In this document: positions 24,319 through 35,166 of the stretch, piece by piece
Numbering within the stretch: the stretch's first letter is position 1
Layout of the letters: each line of letters opens with the position of its first letter
Source of the DNA: an uncultured Granulosicoccaceae bacterium
GTDB lineage: Bacteria; Pseudomonadota; Gammaproteobacteria; CALCKW01
Length of the DNA stretch: 64,000 bases
Direction of reading: 5' to 3'
Assembly (NCBI GenBank): GCA_937925815.1
Contig: CALAMQ010000014.1
Span: 2,169 to 66,168 of the forward strand
Program-made: the position numbers and the translations under genes
The notes under the pieces: generated by a model
What the model saw: the letters and a program-made list of their open reading frames with translations, nothing else
Database searches by the model: none
What the model was told of the DNA's origin: nothing

Positions 24319-25149
24319 ATGCGTTTGGAATTTGCCAAAATGCACGGGCTGGGCAACGACTTCATGGTTGTCGATGCAAGCTCACGTGCCCACGGCTTAA
24401 CACCGCAAACTATTCAAGCGCTATCCGACCGCAAAACCGGTGTTGGCTTTGACCAACTGCTTGTGGTCGAGCCGCCCAGCCACGCAGGTGTTGCCTTTGA
24501 CTACCGGATTTACAATGCCGATGGTGGTGAGGTTGAACAGTGTGGCAACGGGGCGCGGTGTTTTGCGGTGTTTGTTCGTCAGCGAGGCCTGATCGCTGAC
24601 GACCGTATTCCTGTGCACACCAGCGGCGGAGACATTGTGCTCATCTGCCAAGATGACGGCCAAGTGACTGTGGACATGGGTGTGCCCAATTTCGAACCGG
24701 TCAAGCTACCCTTTAGTCGGGCACAGGCTCAGGCGCGCTATTCGGTCGACATCGGTGGCGAGGCGGTACCGTTTGGCGCGGTGTCGATTGGCAACCCGCA
24801 CGCAGTGTTGTCTGTGGCAGATGTGGAGCGAGCGCCAGTCGAATCACTGGGGCCGCAAATTGAAACCCACACTGACTTTCCCAAGAGGGTCAATGTGGGT
24901 TTTATGCAAATTGATAGTCGGCAGCAGATTTCTTTGCGGGTCTGGGAGCGTGGTGTTGGGGAAACCCGAGCGTGCGGTACCGGCGCATGCGCCGCGATGG
25001 TGATTGCACACGCCTGGGGCGAAATTGATGACACTGCGACCGTGCACCTGCCCGGCGGTGCGCTGCAAATACAGTGGGCGGGTCAAGGCCACTCCGTGTG
25101 TTTGACCGGGCCAGCTAAAACCGTTTTTGAAGGATATTTGGACTTATGA
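24319..25149 (+). CDS. dapF: Diaminopimelate epimerase
   Basis: KMHGLGNDF, EQCGNGARC and ERGVGETRACGTG. Confidence 0.98.
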   Translation: MRLEFAKMHGLGNDFMVVDASSRAHGLTPQTIQALSDRKTGVGFDQLLVVEPPSHAGVAFDYRIYNADGGEVEQCGNGARCFAVFVRQRGLIADDRIPVHTSGGDIVLICQDDGQVTVDMGVPNFEPVKLPFSRAQAQARYSVDIGGEAVPFGAVSIGNPHAVLSVADVERAPVESLGPQIETHTDFPKRVNVGFMQIDSRQQISLRVWERGVGETRACGTGACAAMVIAHAWGEIDDTATVHLPGGALQIQWAGQGHSVCLTGPAKTVFEGYLDL

Positions 25150-25847
25150 ACCACACTGATAACTCCCTGCTCGAGGAGCCTGTGAACGACGAGGCGGTAT
25201 TGCGCTTTTTGTCTGCGCAGCCAGATTTCTTTAAACGCCACCCCGGCGCCGTGGCCGCTCTGGATGTCACCCACGAGTCAGGCGCGGCAGTGTCATTGGT
25301 CGAGCGCCAGTTGACGTCCTTGCGCGAGAGCAATCGCCGTATGCGAACGCAGCTCGATGACATGATCGCGGCGGCTGAACACAACCAAACGTTGAGCGAG
25401 CGTGTTCACCAGCTCGCAAAGTCCCTGCTTGCCAGCCGTGGTTGTGAGGCATTAGCTGCCGCCGCGGGTCAGGCATTGCTCGGTCCAGGTGGGGCTGATC
25501 AGTTCGCGATTGTGTTGCGTGCTGAGACGAGTTGTGACGCTGCGCCGGGGTCTGCGTTGCGCCATGTGGCCACTGACGACAGCAATTGGCAGTTATTTTC
25601 AAATTTGCTCGATGAGCGCTTGATTCGGTGTGGGTTGGCCACAGACGATCAACTGCGCTTTGCATTTGGGGATGGGGCAACACAAGTTGGCAGCTCTGCC
25701 ATAGCGCCACTGCATTGTGGCAAGACGGTCGGCCTGTTGGTCATGGCCTCGCAGAGTGAATCTGTTTTCACGCGTGACAAAGGGCATTTGTTCCTCGAGC
25801 AAGTGGCTGCATTGATCAGCGCTGGGATTGCGCGCGAGACCGCGTGA
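25146..25847 (+). CDS. DUF484 family protein (YigA-like)
   Basis: PDFF, GAAVSLVERQ and GHLFLEQ; conserved position between dapF and xerC. Confidence 0.88.
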   Translation: MNHTDNSLLEEPVNDEAVLRFLSAQPDFFKRHPGAVAALDVTHESGAAVSLVERQLTSLRESNRRMRTQLDDMIAAAEHNQTLSERVHQLAKSLLASRGCEALAAAAGQALLGPGGADQFAIVLRAETSCDAAPGSALRHVATDDSNWQLFSNLLDERLIRCGLATDDQLRFAFGDGATQVGSSAIAPLHCGKTVGLLVMASQSESVFTRDKGHLFLEQVAALISAGIARETA

Positions 25848-26764
25848 GCGCGCAGTCGGCCACCGACACGCGAGAGGCCATAGAGGCGTACTTGCAATAT
25901 TTGCTGAGTGAACGCCGTTATTCCGCACACACCGTTGCCAATTACCGCCGCGATCTGTTCGCGGCCTTGGCGTTGAGAGACGACAACTGGGCTGATCTGC
26001 AACGGGTAGACGTGCAGGCGATGGTGGCAAAGTGGCACCGTGGTGGTATGGCGCCGCGCAGTTTGGCGCGACGGCTATCTGCGATACGAACGTTTTTTGA
26101 TTTTGGTCTCAAGCGAGGTTGGTTTAGTCACAACCCAGTCAAGGACATCACAGCCCCTAAACGCGACAAACCGCTGCCGCGTGTGCTCGCGGTTGAGGAG
26201 GCGGCAGCGTTGCTTGATGACGAGCCGGACACGCCGATTGCCTGGCGTGATCGAGCGTTGTTTGAACTGGTGTACTCCTGTGGTTTGCGTTTGTCTGAGG
26301 CGGTTGCCTTGAACCTCAGTACCTTGAGCGGATCGGAGGCGGTGTTGCGCGTGACAGGCAAGGGCGGACGCGAACGGGATATACCCATTGGTCGACGGGC
26401 GTTGTCCGCGCTCGAGGCGTGGCTCGCTTGCCGCGAAGAGATCGCCAATGCCGGCGAGCAAGCCCTCTTTGTTTCTGCCCGAGGCACACGGCTAGCGGCG
26501 CGCTCCATTCAGGCGCGACTGGCGGGCAGAGCCCAGAAGCAGGGTCTCACCGCTCGAGTTCACCCGCACATGTTGCGACATTCTTTTGCCACCCACATGC
26601 TCGAGTCGAGTGGGGACTTGCGTGCGGTGCAGGAGCTGCTCGGACACGCCGATATCAGCACCACTCAAATCTACACCCACCTCGACTACCAGCGCCTAGC
26701 GACGGTGTACGAGAATGCGCACCCGCGCGCTCGTCGCACTGCGCCGTCTGATTCGGACGACTGA
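25844..26764 (+). CDS. xerC: Tyrosine recombinase XerC
   Basis: YSAHTVANYRRDL, GLRLSE, HPHMLRHSFATH and LGHADISTTQIYT; dapF operon context. Confidence 0.95.
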   Translation: MSAQSATDTREAIEAYLQYLLSERRYSAHTVANYRRDLFAALALRDDNWADLQRVDVQAMVAKWHRGGMAPRSLARRLSAIRTFFDFGLKRGWFSHNPVKDITAPKRDKPLPRVLAVEEAAALLDDEPDTPIAWRDRALFELVYSCGLRLSEAVALNLSTLSGSEAVLRVTGKGGRERDIPIGRRALSALEAWLACREEIANAGEQALFVSARGTRLAARSIQARLAGRAQKQGLTARVHPHMLRHSFATHMLESSGDLRAVQELLGHADISTTQIYTHLDYQRLATVYENAHPRARRTAPSDSDD

Positions 26765-27059
26765 ATTCTTAACCCCAAGTCCGTCCAAGCGGGCAGATTT
26801 TTCTGTGGACAGACTCTGCCGCATCGACCTTCTTCAGTCAGTGTTGGGTATCGAGCTCGCATCGCCCAACATGACAGATGCGTCAAAGACTGTGACACCG
26901 TTAAAGATTTTGACCATCGCTGTCGTTAGCCCTGTGCGACCGACAGAAATTGCCGCTTGATGGCAATTGTTGCCACCCGTTGCCTCCACTGGGCTTATCT
27001 AGGTGATGGCGACGACCACACATTTGTCGGTTTTTACTCTCAATTCAAGGGTTTAGCCG

Positions 27060-28700
27060 ATGAAATATGCTTTTATCTCGTGGCGATCGAACAGCAATCA
27101 GTGCCTTAGCCGAGCGCCATTTGGCAGCCTCGCGGCTCTGCGACTGGCCTTGAGCTCCGGTTTGGTGCTCGGTCTGTCAGGGTGTCTGGTCGGCGGGAAT
27201 GTGGTCGATGGCATGCTTGAAAAAAGCAAATCGGGCGTGAGTGAGGTAAGCGTGCCAACCACCGCTGCCCTGACCACACTCGTGAGCCGGAACGGGACGG
27301 GTGGCTCCGGTGGCGCCTTTCCGGCGGCGGATTGCTCACCGACCTTCGAGAACATTGGGGCGGAACACACGCTTTGGCCACAGACAGACTTTGGGCTGCC
27401 AACAGTCGTCACCCAAAGCAAAATTGTGTCTCACCCATCCGGTGGCTCACACTACATGCGCGTGTTCAAGACGGCAAGCCACAGCTCGGCTTCGTCCATG
27501 GGTGCCACGAATTACTTGCACCATATTCCCGAATACTCCCAGCACGATGCGTTTTCAGCTGATGGCACTTACCTCGTGTCACACGGAATCTCCGACAGAG
27601 CGCTGTTCAACGCCAAAACCAATCAGAACGTGCGCGTGATCTCCTTCCCTGGTGCTCACCTCGGTGATTGGCAGTGGCACCCGCAGCTGGACAATATCGC
27701 ATTCTATTTCGACCGATCCGGCGACCGTGTCATCCGATACAACGCAGACCTCGACACGCACGATGTGCTGTTTGATTTCGGCGCGACGCCGATAACCGTG
27801 GACGGCATCGCGTTCAGTGATCTGGGCACGTTGACTTCGGGCTACGCCATGGGTGGCCAAGGCAGTATCACGGTTGATGGCTCACAAGTGGCCGTGCTGC
27901 TCAATGGCAGTGGCGATGGCATCGTCGCGCACTTGGACCTGGCATCGCAGACGGTGATCAACACGATCCGTTTTGCGGGCAAGGACACATCGGACGAGCT
28001 TGACGTTGCCACGATCAGTCCTGACGGTCGGTACATCATGGTGCTTGGTGACTTCAACAACATTTATGGCACCAGTTTCAGCCGTCGCCACATGTACAAA
28101 TACGACACCCAGGATTTCAGGCTGAATAATAAAGTCTTGGTGCTCGGTCGATCTAACCACTTTGATGTTGGAATCAACGCGGACGGTGACCCGGTGATGG
28201 TGACCTTTGGTTATGTGCCTAGTGGTGGCTGGGCCGGCAATACCACAGATGCTGGCGTGGGCTTGGTTGCTGGGGTTGCGGTGCTGAATTTACGCACCGA
28301 CGTGAGTCGACAAATATTTTCGACCCAACCTTGGGGTAATGGCGGATTGCCAGCAGGCCACATTTCCATGCCGCTCGACGGTGTGGGCGTGGCGCTGATC
28401 TCTCTCTACCAAGGTGGCCATGGATCGGGTGTGAGCTTTGCCCAAAATAATGCCTTGATTGCCATTGATATCGACAACGACCAAATTGCTTGGATGGGCT
28501 GGGATGAAGGCGCCAACCCAGGCATTGGCTCGCCCGGGGCGGGTCCCGCAGGCGCTTACTATGCCCAGCCTCACGCGTCGTTTGTAATGGACGCTGAGCT
28601 GTCCGACGGAAGCCGTGGCTGGAAAGTCGCTTGGGGCAGTGATAATCGCAGCTTGGGTAGCCGTTCTGAGTTATTTACATCTGAAGTGGTGTGTGATTAA
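27060..28700 (+). CDS. Hypothetical exported lipoprotein, probable beta-propeller
   Basis: Lipobox LSGC at about aa 42 and an S/T/G-rich linker. Propeller-like motifs FSADGTYL, WHPQ, ISPDGRYI and QPHASF...VAWGSD. Confidence 0.7.
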   Translation: MKYAFISWRSNSNQCLSRAPFGSLAALRLALSSGLVLGLSGCLVGGNVVDGMLEKSKSGVSEVSVPTTAALTTLVSRNGTGGSGGAFPAADCSPTFENIGAEHTLWPQTDFGLPTVVTQSKIVSHPSGGSHYMRVFKTASHSSASSMGATNYLHHIPEYSQHDAFSADGTYLVSHGISDRALFNAKTNQNVRVISFPGAHLGDWQWHPQLDNIAFYFDRSGDRVIRYNADLDTHDVLFDFGATPITVDGIAFSDLGTLTSGYAMGGQGSITVDGSQVAVLLNGSGDGIVAHLDLASQTVINTIRFAGKDTSDELDVATISPDGRYIMVLGDFNNIYGTSFSRRHMYKYDTQDFRLNNKVLVLGRSNHFDVGINADGDPVMVTFGYVPSGGWAGNTTDAGVGLVAGVAVLNLRTDVSRQIFSTQPWGNGGLPAGHISMPLDGVGVALISLYQGGHGSGVSFAQNNALIAIDIDNDQIAWMGWDEGANPGIGSPGAGPAGAYYAQPHASFVMDAELSDGSRGWKVAWGSDNRSLGSRSELFTSEVVCD

Positions 28701-28893
28701 TTGAGCGAAGTCGCTGATAATTGTGAGAACACCGGAAGAAGTACTGCAGTTTTAGAAAAGTGCTACGCTTTTTTTATACATGAATGACCGCTGTGGATTG
28801 GCTGCGCGCCACTCTTGAGCCGAGTATGTCAGGGTTGAACCTGTTTGTTTAAAGGCGCGGTGCTTACCGCGATAACCATGGGTCTAGTACGTC

Positions 28894-29850
28894 ATGAATA
28901 AACCAAACTTCTTTATAGTTGGTGCGCCGAAATCAGGCACTACCGCCATGGCCGGGTATCTAGCAGAACACTCCAGTGTGTTTTTCTCCGTCCCCAAAGA
29001 GCCGCATTTTTTCGCGACAGACATGCCTGGTCAGCAGCAAATGACGGAATTGGACCGATACGAATTGATGTTTGAAGGTGCTGGCCCTCAACACGAAGCG
29101 GTTGGTGAGGCGTCAGTGTGGTACTTGTATTCGAGTGAGGCCATTGCCAACATCAAAAAATACAACCCTGACGCGAGGCTCGTCGTGATGCTGCGCAACC
29201 CGGTTGATATGGTCTACTCCATGCACGCCCAGCATTTGTATTCAACCACTGAACACATCGAGTCCTTCGCCGATGCCTGGGCGCACACCGCGGTACGCAG
29301 GGAGACTGGCACAGTCAACCGTGAACGCGTGCTGAAGAACCATTTCTACGACGACATTGCGGCTTACGGCAGTCAGCTAGAGCGTCTCTACACGTACTTT
29401 CCAAGAGAACAAGTCCACGTCATTTTGTATGATGACTTCAAACAGGACACAGCAGGCTGCTACCGCGACTTACTCGATTTTCTCGAACTCGATGACGATG
29501 GTCGGACGGAGTTTCCAGTTGTCAACGCGAACAATGAACACAAACACAAGTGGCTAGGCAGGTTGTTGCAGCAACCCCCAGCACCGCTTGTCAACGCGTT
29601 GCGCCTCGTTAAGCGGTTGCTCGGCATCCACCGGCTTGGCTTGATCGGAAAGTTAGATGCGCTCAACGCCCAAGACGTCAAGCGCGCATCGCTCGATGAC
29701 ACGCTGAGGCAGGACGTCGCCACGAACTACGCCAAAGAAATCGACAAATTGTCGGCGTTGCTGGGCCGCGATCTCAGCCACTGGGGTGGTGAAACGCGTG
29801 CGCCAGCAAGTGAGTCAGCACCGGTTTCACCCGATCGGCGCGTCGCCTAG
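28894..29850 (+). CDS. Sulfotransferase family protein
   Basis: 5'-PSB loop IVGAPKSGTT, KEPHFF, GEASVWY and 3'-PB LRNPVDMVYS. Confidence 0.92.
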   Translation: MNKPNFFIVGAPKSGTTAMAGYLAEHSSVFFSVPKEPHFFATDMPGQQQMTELDRYELMFEGAGPQHEAVGEASVWYLYSSEAIANIKKYNPDARLVVMLRNPVDMVYSMHAQHLYSTTEHIESFADAWAHTAVRRETGTVNRERVLKNHFYDDIAAYGSQLERLYTYFPREQVHVILYDDFKQDTAGCYRDLLDFLELDDDGRTEFPVVNANNEHKHKWLGRLLQQPPAPLVNALRLVKRLLGIHRLGLIGKLDALNAQDVKRASLDDTLRQDVATNYAKEIDKLSALLGRDLSHWGGETRAPASESAPVSPDRRVA

Positions 29851-31322
29851 CGGTCAGCGCGTTCGAGTGAGAACACCGCCACTGAATGGGTGTTGCGCAA
29901 CAGGGTTTTCAGTCGCCATTGCGTGCTGGGTGCAGCGTCGTTGAGCAAGGTGATGGCCTGGCCGGTTTTGAAGCGCCGCGGTGGCAGAATCAAACAGGGC
30001 GACGCTGAGCCGCGTGCGGCGGGTATCAGTACACATTCAGTTCGCAGATTAGCGCCTGTGTCAACGCGGTAAGTGGCGTGCACCGCGCGCGCTGATGTGC
30101 TCAACACCTGTACGCCGCACTGGTATTCCTCGTCTGCTGTGTGGCGCAGCCATTGCACAATTCCGACTCGCCAGATCGAGGTGTTGTCGCCGTTTGGCCG
30201 TTTGATTGCGGCGAGGGCGCCGACGTGAACCGCAGCAGGCTCCGCGCTATTTTTAACAAGGCCGACACCATTGGGGCTGATGTCGCGCAGTTGCCATTGA
30301 TCTGTCTGCGGTTCAATGCGGTGGCGCAGGCTCGCGTGTATGTCGTTGAGTCCCAGAACCACACCGGCGGCGTCGCTGCGAAACGCTCTGGCCTCGCGGC
30401 GCTCTTGTCGTCCTTGGCAAAGGCGATACAGCGGCAGGAGTGCCGGATCGAAATCGCCAGAGGCGCGCTGAGCTTCGAGATCGTGTGCAAGTGAATCGAG
30501 CACCAACCAGCGCACAGTCGCGCGCCCTGCGCGAGGGCGAAAAGCGGCGGGTTGGGGAGGTGAATCGTTGGCGAGATCCAACGCCAGCGCGCGGCTTCGG
30601 GTGCCCGGGTGTTCCACCCTCAGCGCCACGCTGTCGATCCAACTCGGCAGGCGGCGATTGAGGCCAGTGAGAGCTGTGGTCGGCAGGGCTTGTGAGTCGA
30701 TGCAATATGACAGCAGCAGCATTTTGAACAGCTGGGTCACAGTGCGGGTTTCGCCGGTGCGCAGCAATGTGTCAGCCACAGGTGTGTCGAGAAAACCGTG
30801 GCGCTCGGCGACGGCGTAGAGTCCGTAGGCGTCTTTGAGCAGTTTTGGGGGCGCTGAACGGTAGGTCTCGCGTGACAGCAAGAGCTGTTGATGCAACACA
30901 TCCATTGCTCGAACACAGGCGTGCGCGCGGGCCACTGGCGTCAGTTTGGGGTCGGCGAGATCGTCGCTGAGCGCAATTTTGTAACCAAATCCGGTTTCGG
31001 TCAGCAGGGTCATCTGGTCCTGCCAAGCGCGGTCTGCATCGGGTGACAGGGGGAAGTCTTGTCCTTGCCACCGGCGGCGCAGCAGCTGCTGGGCGTGATG
31101 TCCCTCGGGCCGCAGCCAGTCGAGCACTTGAAGGCGGTTGCCGCTCGCGTTTTGGCTGCGATTGGCTCGTTGCAATCCGAGCTTAAAGCTGCGGACGCGC
31201 AGGCTGGGCGCCAGTTCACGCAGATCCCGCAGCCAGCGCATGACCGATTTTTGGTCGCCACTGAACTCTGCGCTGCGAGTGCTTCGCTGGGTTGGTGTGT
31301 AGAGGTGGGAAGTGTCGCTCAT
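29847..31322 (-). CDS. FimW-like protein with C-terminal PilZ-like barrel (putative c-di-GMP receptor)
   Basis: Helical N-terminus (LDWLRP, GYKI, LYAVAERHG). C-terminus has RREARAFR, LRDISPNGVGL, WRVGIVQW and GVQVL. ATG at 31322 preferred over 31463. Confidence 0.6.
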   Translation of the reverse strand: MSDTSHLYTPTQRSTRSAEFSGDQKSVMRWLRDLRELAPSLRVRSFKLGLQRANRSQNASGNRLQVLDWLRPEGHHAQQLLRRRWQGQDFPLSPDADRAWQDQMTLLTETGFGYKIALSDDLADPKLTPVARAHACVRAMDVLHQQLLLSRETYRSAPPKLLKDAYGLYAVAERHGFLDTPVADTLLRTGETRTVTQLFKMLLLSYCIDSQALPTTALTGLNRRLPSWIDSVALRVEHPGTRSRALALDLANDSPPQPAAFRPRAGRATVRWLVLDSLAHDLEAQRASGDFDPALLPLYRLCQGRQERREARAFRSDAAGVVLGLNDIHASLRHRIEPQTDQWQLRDISPNGVGLVKNSAEPAAVHVGALAAIKRPNGDNTSIWRVGIVQWLRHTADEEYQCGVQVLSTSARAVHATYRVDTGANLRTECVLIPAARGSASPCLILPPRRFKTGQAITLLNDAAPSTQWRLKTLLRNTHSVAVFSLERADR

Positions 31323-31502
31323 GATCTCAAGGTCCCGGGCGGCGAGGTACAGCCACGCCTGCCGTGTCTGTGGTGCTGTGCTCTTGCAATTGGCAAGGTT
31401 CATACCCACCGTATCCCTCTGCGCAAGCAACCACTTAACGGTTATCCGCCCAGCATGCGTCAAAATTCAGTCTCTTTCAAAGTCAATTTTGAGGAATAGT
31501 CC

Positions 31503-32042
31503 TTGGAACAATTTCGCGGAACCACCGTTGTCGCTGTGCGACGGGGTAATCAGGTCGCGCTAGGCGCCGACGGACAGGTCACACTCGGCAACACGGTGAT
31601 GAAGGGCAATGCGAGCAAAGTGCGCCGCCTCTACAAAGGCAAAGTGATCGCGGGCTTCGCTGGCGGCACGGCGGACGCGTTCACACTGTTTGAGCGCTTT
31701 GAAGCCAAGCTCGAGGCCCACGGAGGCCAACTCACACGTGCTGCAGTTGAGCTTGCCAAAGATTGGCGCACGGACCGCTTGCTACGCCGCCTAGAAGCAT
31801 TGCTAGCGGTCGCTGACCACAGCGCCTCACTGATCATCTCTGGCAACGGCGATGTGATCGAGCCCGAACACGGTCTGATTGCCATCGGGTCAGGTGGCCC
31901 CTTTGCGCAGGCGGCAGCGCGCGCGTTGATTGACCACACAGAGCTCGACGCGCGTGCGATCACCGAGGCGAGTCTCGGCATCGCGGCCGACATCTGCATT
32001 TACACCAACCACCATCGCACTATTGAAACCCTGGACGCCTGA
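31503..32042 (+). CDS. hslV: ATP-dependent protease peptidase subunit HslV
   Basis: [27 protein letters not shown] and AIGSGG. Confidence 0.97.
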   Translation: MEQFRGTTVVAVRRGNQVALGADGQVTLGNTVMKGNASKVRRLYKGKVIAGFAGGTADAFTLFERFEAKLEAHGGQLTRAAVELAKDWRTDRLLRRLEALLAVADHSASLIISGNGDVIEPEHGLIAIGSGGPFAQAAARALIDHTELDARAITEASLGIAADICIYTNHHRTIETLDA

Positions 32043-32046
32043 GCCC

Positions 32047-33381
32047 ATGACCGAGATGACCCCCAGAGAAATCGTCCAATCCTTGGACAACCACATCGTC
32101 GGTCAAGGTGACGCCAAACGCGCCGTGGCAATAGCGCTGCGCAACCGTTGGCGTCGTCAGCAAGTCAGCGACCCCTTGCGCCAGGAGATCACCCCCAAAA
32201 ATATCCTGATGATTGGACCAACCGGGGTGGGTAAGACCGAAATCGCGCGGCGTTTGGCCAAGCTCGCCAAAGCGCCCTTTATCAAAGTCGAGGCGACCAA
32301 ATTCACTGAGGTCGGTTACGTTGGGCGGGACGTTGAATCAATCATCCGCGATCTCGTGGACAACGCAATCAACGACACCCGTGAGCATGAGAAACAGCGG
32401 GTTCGAAACCGGGCGCTGGACGCCGCTGAAGACCGCATCCTCGATATTCTGTTGCCGCCTGCGCGCGGAACTGGTTTGGCAGAGCCCGCGCAGGCACCGG
32501 ACTCCAACACGCGTCAGAAATTTCGCAAGAAGTTGCGCGAAGGAGAGCTCGACGACAAGGAGATCGAGGTTGAGCTCACTGGCGGTGCCGCCGGCGTTGA
32601 GATCATGAGCCCACCGGGCATGGAGCAGATGACTGAGCAGTTGCAAAGCATGTTCAGCAACCTCGGCAACGGGCCCAAGCAAACGCGGAAGCTGCCTATC
32701 AAAGACGCACTTGAACAAATCGCTGACGAGGAGGCGCGCAGCCTGCTCGATGACACCGAGGTCAAGCGCAAAGCGGTGGAAGCCGTCGAGCAAAACGGTA
32801 TCGTGTTTCTCGATGAAATCGATAAAGTGGCACGACGCAGCGAAGGCGGTGGCGGTGTGGATGTGTCACGGGAGGGGGTGCAGCGTGATCTGTTGCCGTT
32901 GGTCGAAGGTTGCACCGTGACCACTAAGCACGGTCCGGTCAACACAGACCACATTCTTTTTATAGCCTCGGGCGCTTTTCATTTGTCCAAGCCGTCTGAT
33001 TTGGTGCCAGAGCTGCAAGGGCGGCTGCCCATTCGGGTGGAATTGGGCGCCCTGAGCGCCGAGGATTTTGAACGCATCTTGACTGACACCAACGCGTCTT
33101 TGACGCGTCAGTACACAGCGTTGTTGGAAACTGAGAATGTCGCGTTGACCTTCACTGACGATGGCGTCAAGCGTATTGCAGCTGTGGCATCTCAGGTTAA
33201 TGAAACGACAGAAAACATCGGTGCGCGCCGGTTGCATACAGTGATGGAGCGGTTGCTTGAAGAGGCGAGTTATCACGCGGCAGATCGCAGCGGCCAATCG
33301 CTTTGTGTGGACGCCGCCTATGTCGACGAGCAACTCGGTGAACTCTCTGGCAACGAGGACTTGAGTCGGTACATTCTCTAA
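32047..33381 (+). CDS. hslU: ATP-dependent protease ATPase subunit HslU
   Basis: [24 protein letters not shown] and DLSRYIL; ATG at 32047. Confidence 0.98.
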   Translation: MTEMTPREIVQSLDNHIVGQGDAKRAVAIALRNRWRRQQVSDPLRQEITPKNILMIGPTGVGKTEIARRLAKLAKAPFIKVEATKFTEVGYVGRDVESIIRDLVDNAINDTREHEKQRVRNRALDAAEDRILDILLPPARGTGLAEPAQAPDSNTRQKFRKKLREGELDDKEIEVELTGGAAGVEIMSPPGMEQMTEQLQSMFSNLGNGPKQTRKLPIKDALEQIADEEARSLLDDTEVKRKAVEAVEQNGIVFLDEIDKVARRSEGGGGVDVSREGVQRDLLPLVEGCTVTTKHGPVNTDHILFIASGAFHLSKPSDLVPELQGRLPIRVELGALSAEDFERILTDTNASLTRQYTALLETENVALTFTDDGVKRIAAVASQVNETTENIGARRLHTVMERLLEEASYHAADRSGQSLCVDAAYVDEQLGELSGNEDLSRYIL

Positions 33382-34286
33382 ATTGTTTCACCGGCGCTCG
33401 GCCGGTGTGGATCACCTTGTATCGGTGCGATTTTCAGGCTTCGTCGAAGCAACCGTGTCATCGCGCCAGCGATGGCCTGATCGGCACCGGACGACACCAT
33501 GAGTGTTCGGTGTGCAAACGGTAGAGCTGGCAGCCGCTCGCTGGGCTCCAGGGCACGCAAGCCCGGACCCAGGTTGCTCTTTGGCAATATGCCTATGGCG
33601 AGATCGGCTCGGATCGCAGCCTTTAGACTGGTAAAACTGTTGCTGTTGAATACGATGCGGTAGGGGCTTCCCGCCTCATTCAGTGCCCGAGTTGCGATAT
33701 CTCGCCACCAGCATTCGCGCTCGAGCTGGGCTAGGTTGATTGGCCTGCCGTGTTCCGGTTGGTGGTGTTCTGCCGCCGCCCAGACAATCGCTTCACGCGA
33801 TAAGCCGTCACCAGGGGTATCGCTCGGGCCAGAACAGACGGCGACGTCTAGGCGGCGGTGTTCGATGAGCGATGGAAATCGAGCAGTGCAGCCAGAGGTG
33901 GTGTACACCTCCACACCGGGGTGTTCGCGGGCAAAGGCGGTGAGGACGGCTTCGAGCACCGTGTCATCGAAATCGTCTGGAATCCCCAGCCGCAAGTGGC
34001 CAGTCAGCGGTTTCTCGAATGTGGCCCTGATTTGAGTCAGTGCGTGCACCGCATTGTGCGCGAGCGGCAACAAGCGATGGCCCTGGCTGGTCAACTGCAT
34101 GCCCTGCGTCGAGCGTTGAAACAATTGAGTACCTAGATCTGACTCCAATTTGCGCAACTGCACGCTCATAGCCGATTGGGTCTTGTTCAGTTGTGCGGCG
34201 GCGCCGGTGAGCGACTGGCACTCGGCAATCGCAAGAAAGGCGCGCAAACTGTCCGCGTTGACCGGTCGGCGTTCGAAAATATTCAT
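33378..34286 (-). CDS. LysR family transcriptional regulator
   Basis: [27 protein letters not shown], then LRLGIPDDF. An alternative start lies at 34295. Confidence 0.93.
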   Translation of the reverse strand: MNIFERRPVNADSLRAFLAIAECQSLTGAAAQLNKTQSAMSVQLRKLESDLGTQLFQRSTQGMQLTSQGHRLLPLAHNAVHALTQIRATFEKPLTGHLRLGIPDDFDDTVLEAVLTAFAREHPGVEVYTTSGCTARFPSLIEHRRLDVAVCSGPSDTPGDGLSREAIVWAAAEHHQPEHGRPINLAQLERECWWRDIATRALNEAGSPYRIVFNSNSFTSLKAAIRADLAIGILPKSNLGPGLRALEPSERLPALPFAHRTLMVSSGADQAIAGAMTRLLRRSLKIAPIQGDPHRPSAGETI

Positions 34287-34359
34287 AGCCAACATGCAAC
34301 ATATTCGATATCGCTCATGATCCTAGCACCCTATGCTGGCGTTAGATAAAGGGGGAGTC

Positions 34360-35133
34360 ATGGACTGGATCAATGTCGGGTTTTTGGTGGCCGTGGGTTT
34401 GGTTGGCGGTGTGTGGAATGCGGTTGCCGGCGGCGCTACCTTGTTCACCTTTCCGGCGCTTGTCGCGGCGGGCTTGCCACCGGTGGTTGCGAACGCCACC
34501 AACTACTTGGCCTTGCTGCCGTCCAACGCGGCGGCACTGCCAGCGTACCGCGACGAGCTGCGCCGCATGGGCACTGAGCTGTTGCCACTGATCGCCGTGA
34601 CCACTCTGGGTGCGGCGGTGGGGTCGCTGTTGTTGCTGGTCTCAACCCCGACCGTGTTCCTAAACCTCGTGCCCGTGTTGATTTTGCTGGCGACGGCGTT
34701 GTTTGCGTTCGGAGACGCCATTCGATCATTGCTGCTTCGCACCCTTGGCTGCGATCGCGGAAACAAAGCGACATTCATGTTGCTGGCTCTGGCCTCAGTG
34801 TATGGCGGGTATTTCGGGGCGGGGCTTGGCATTATCTTGCTGGCGGTTGCGCAGATGCTCGGTTACACCGATTTTAATCGGGCGAACGCCTTGAAGAACC
34901 TGCTGGCGACAAGCTTCACGGTTGTCAGCATTGTGTTGTTCGGTGTTGGTGGGTTGATCGACTGGCCGACAGCCGCGTTGGTGATGCTGGGCAGTACTGT
35001 CGGCGGGTTCGCTGGAGCGAGGTTTGCCAAGCACGTCAACGAACAATATCTTCGCGTGGCCGTGATTGCGTTTGGTTTGGTGTTAGCTGCTGTTTTCGCC
35101 TGCCGTCAATACGCCGGTCCTTTTTGTGAATGA
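34360..35133 (+). CDS. Sulfite exporter TauE/SafE family membrane protein
   Basis: NAVAGGATLFTFPAL, ANATN, YGGYFGAGLGI and NALKN. ATG at 34360 follows GGGGAG. Confidence 0.88.
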   Translation: MDWINVGFLVAVGLVGGVWNAVAGGATLFTFPALVAAGLPPVVANATNYLALLPSNAAALPAYRDELRRMGTELLPLIAVTTLGAAVGSLLLLVSTPTVFLNLVPVLILLATALFAFGDAIRSLLLRTLGCDRGNKATFMLLALASVYGGYFGAGLGIILLAVAQMLGYTDFNRANALKNLLATSFTVVSIVLFGVGGLIDWPTAALVMLGSTVGGFAGARFAKHVNEQYLRVAVIAFGLVLAAVFACRQYAGPFCE

Positions 35134-35166
35134 TGACCTTAGGTGGATACAGCTTTCACCACGGGG

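Noticed and set aside
25844..26764. Tyrosine recombinase as an integrase marking a mobile island
   Set aside because: It is housekeeping XerC in the lysA-dapF-DUF484-xerC operon. No att repeats, tRNA target or mobility genes were seen around the downstream islet.
31383..31410. Possible sigma32 promoter for hslVU (CTTGCA-N15-ACCCAC)
   Set aside because: Biologically plausible, but both boxes carry mismatches, so it is too weak to call from sequence alone.
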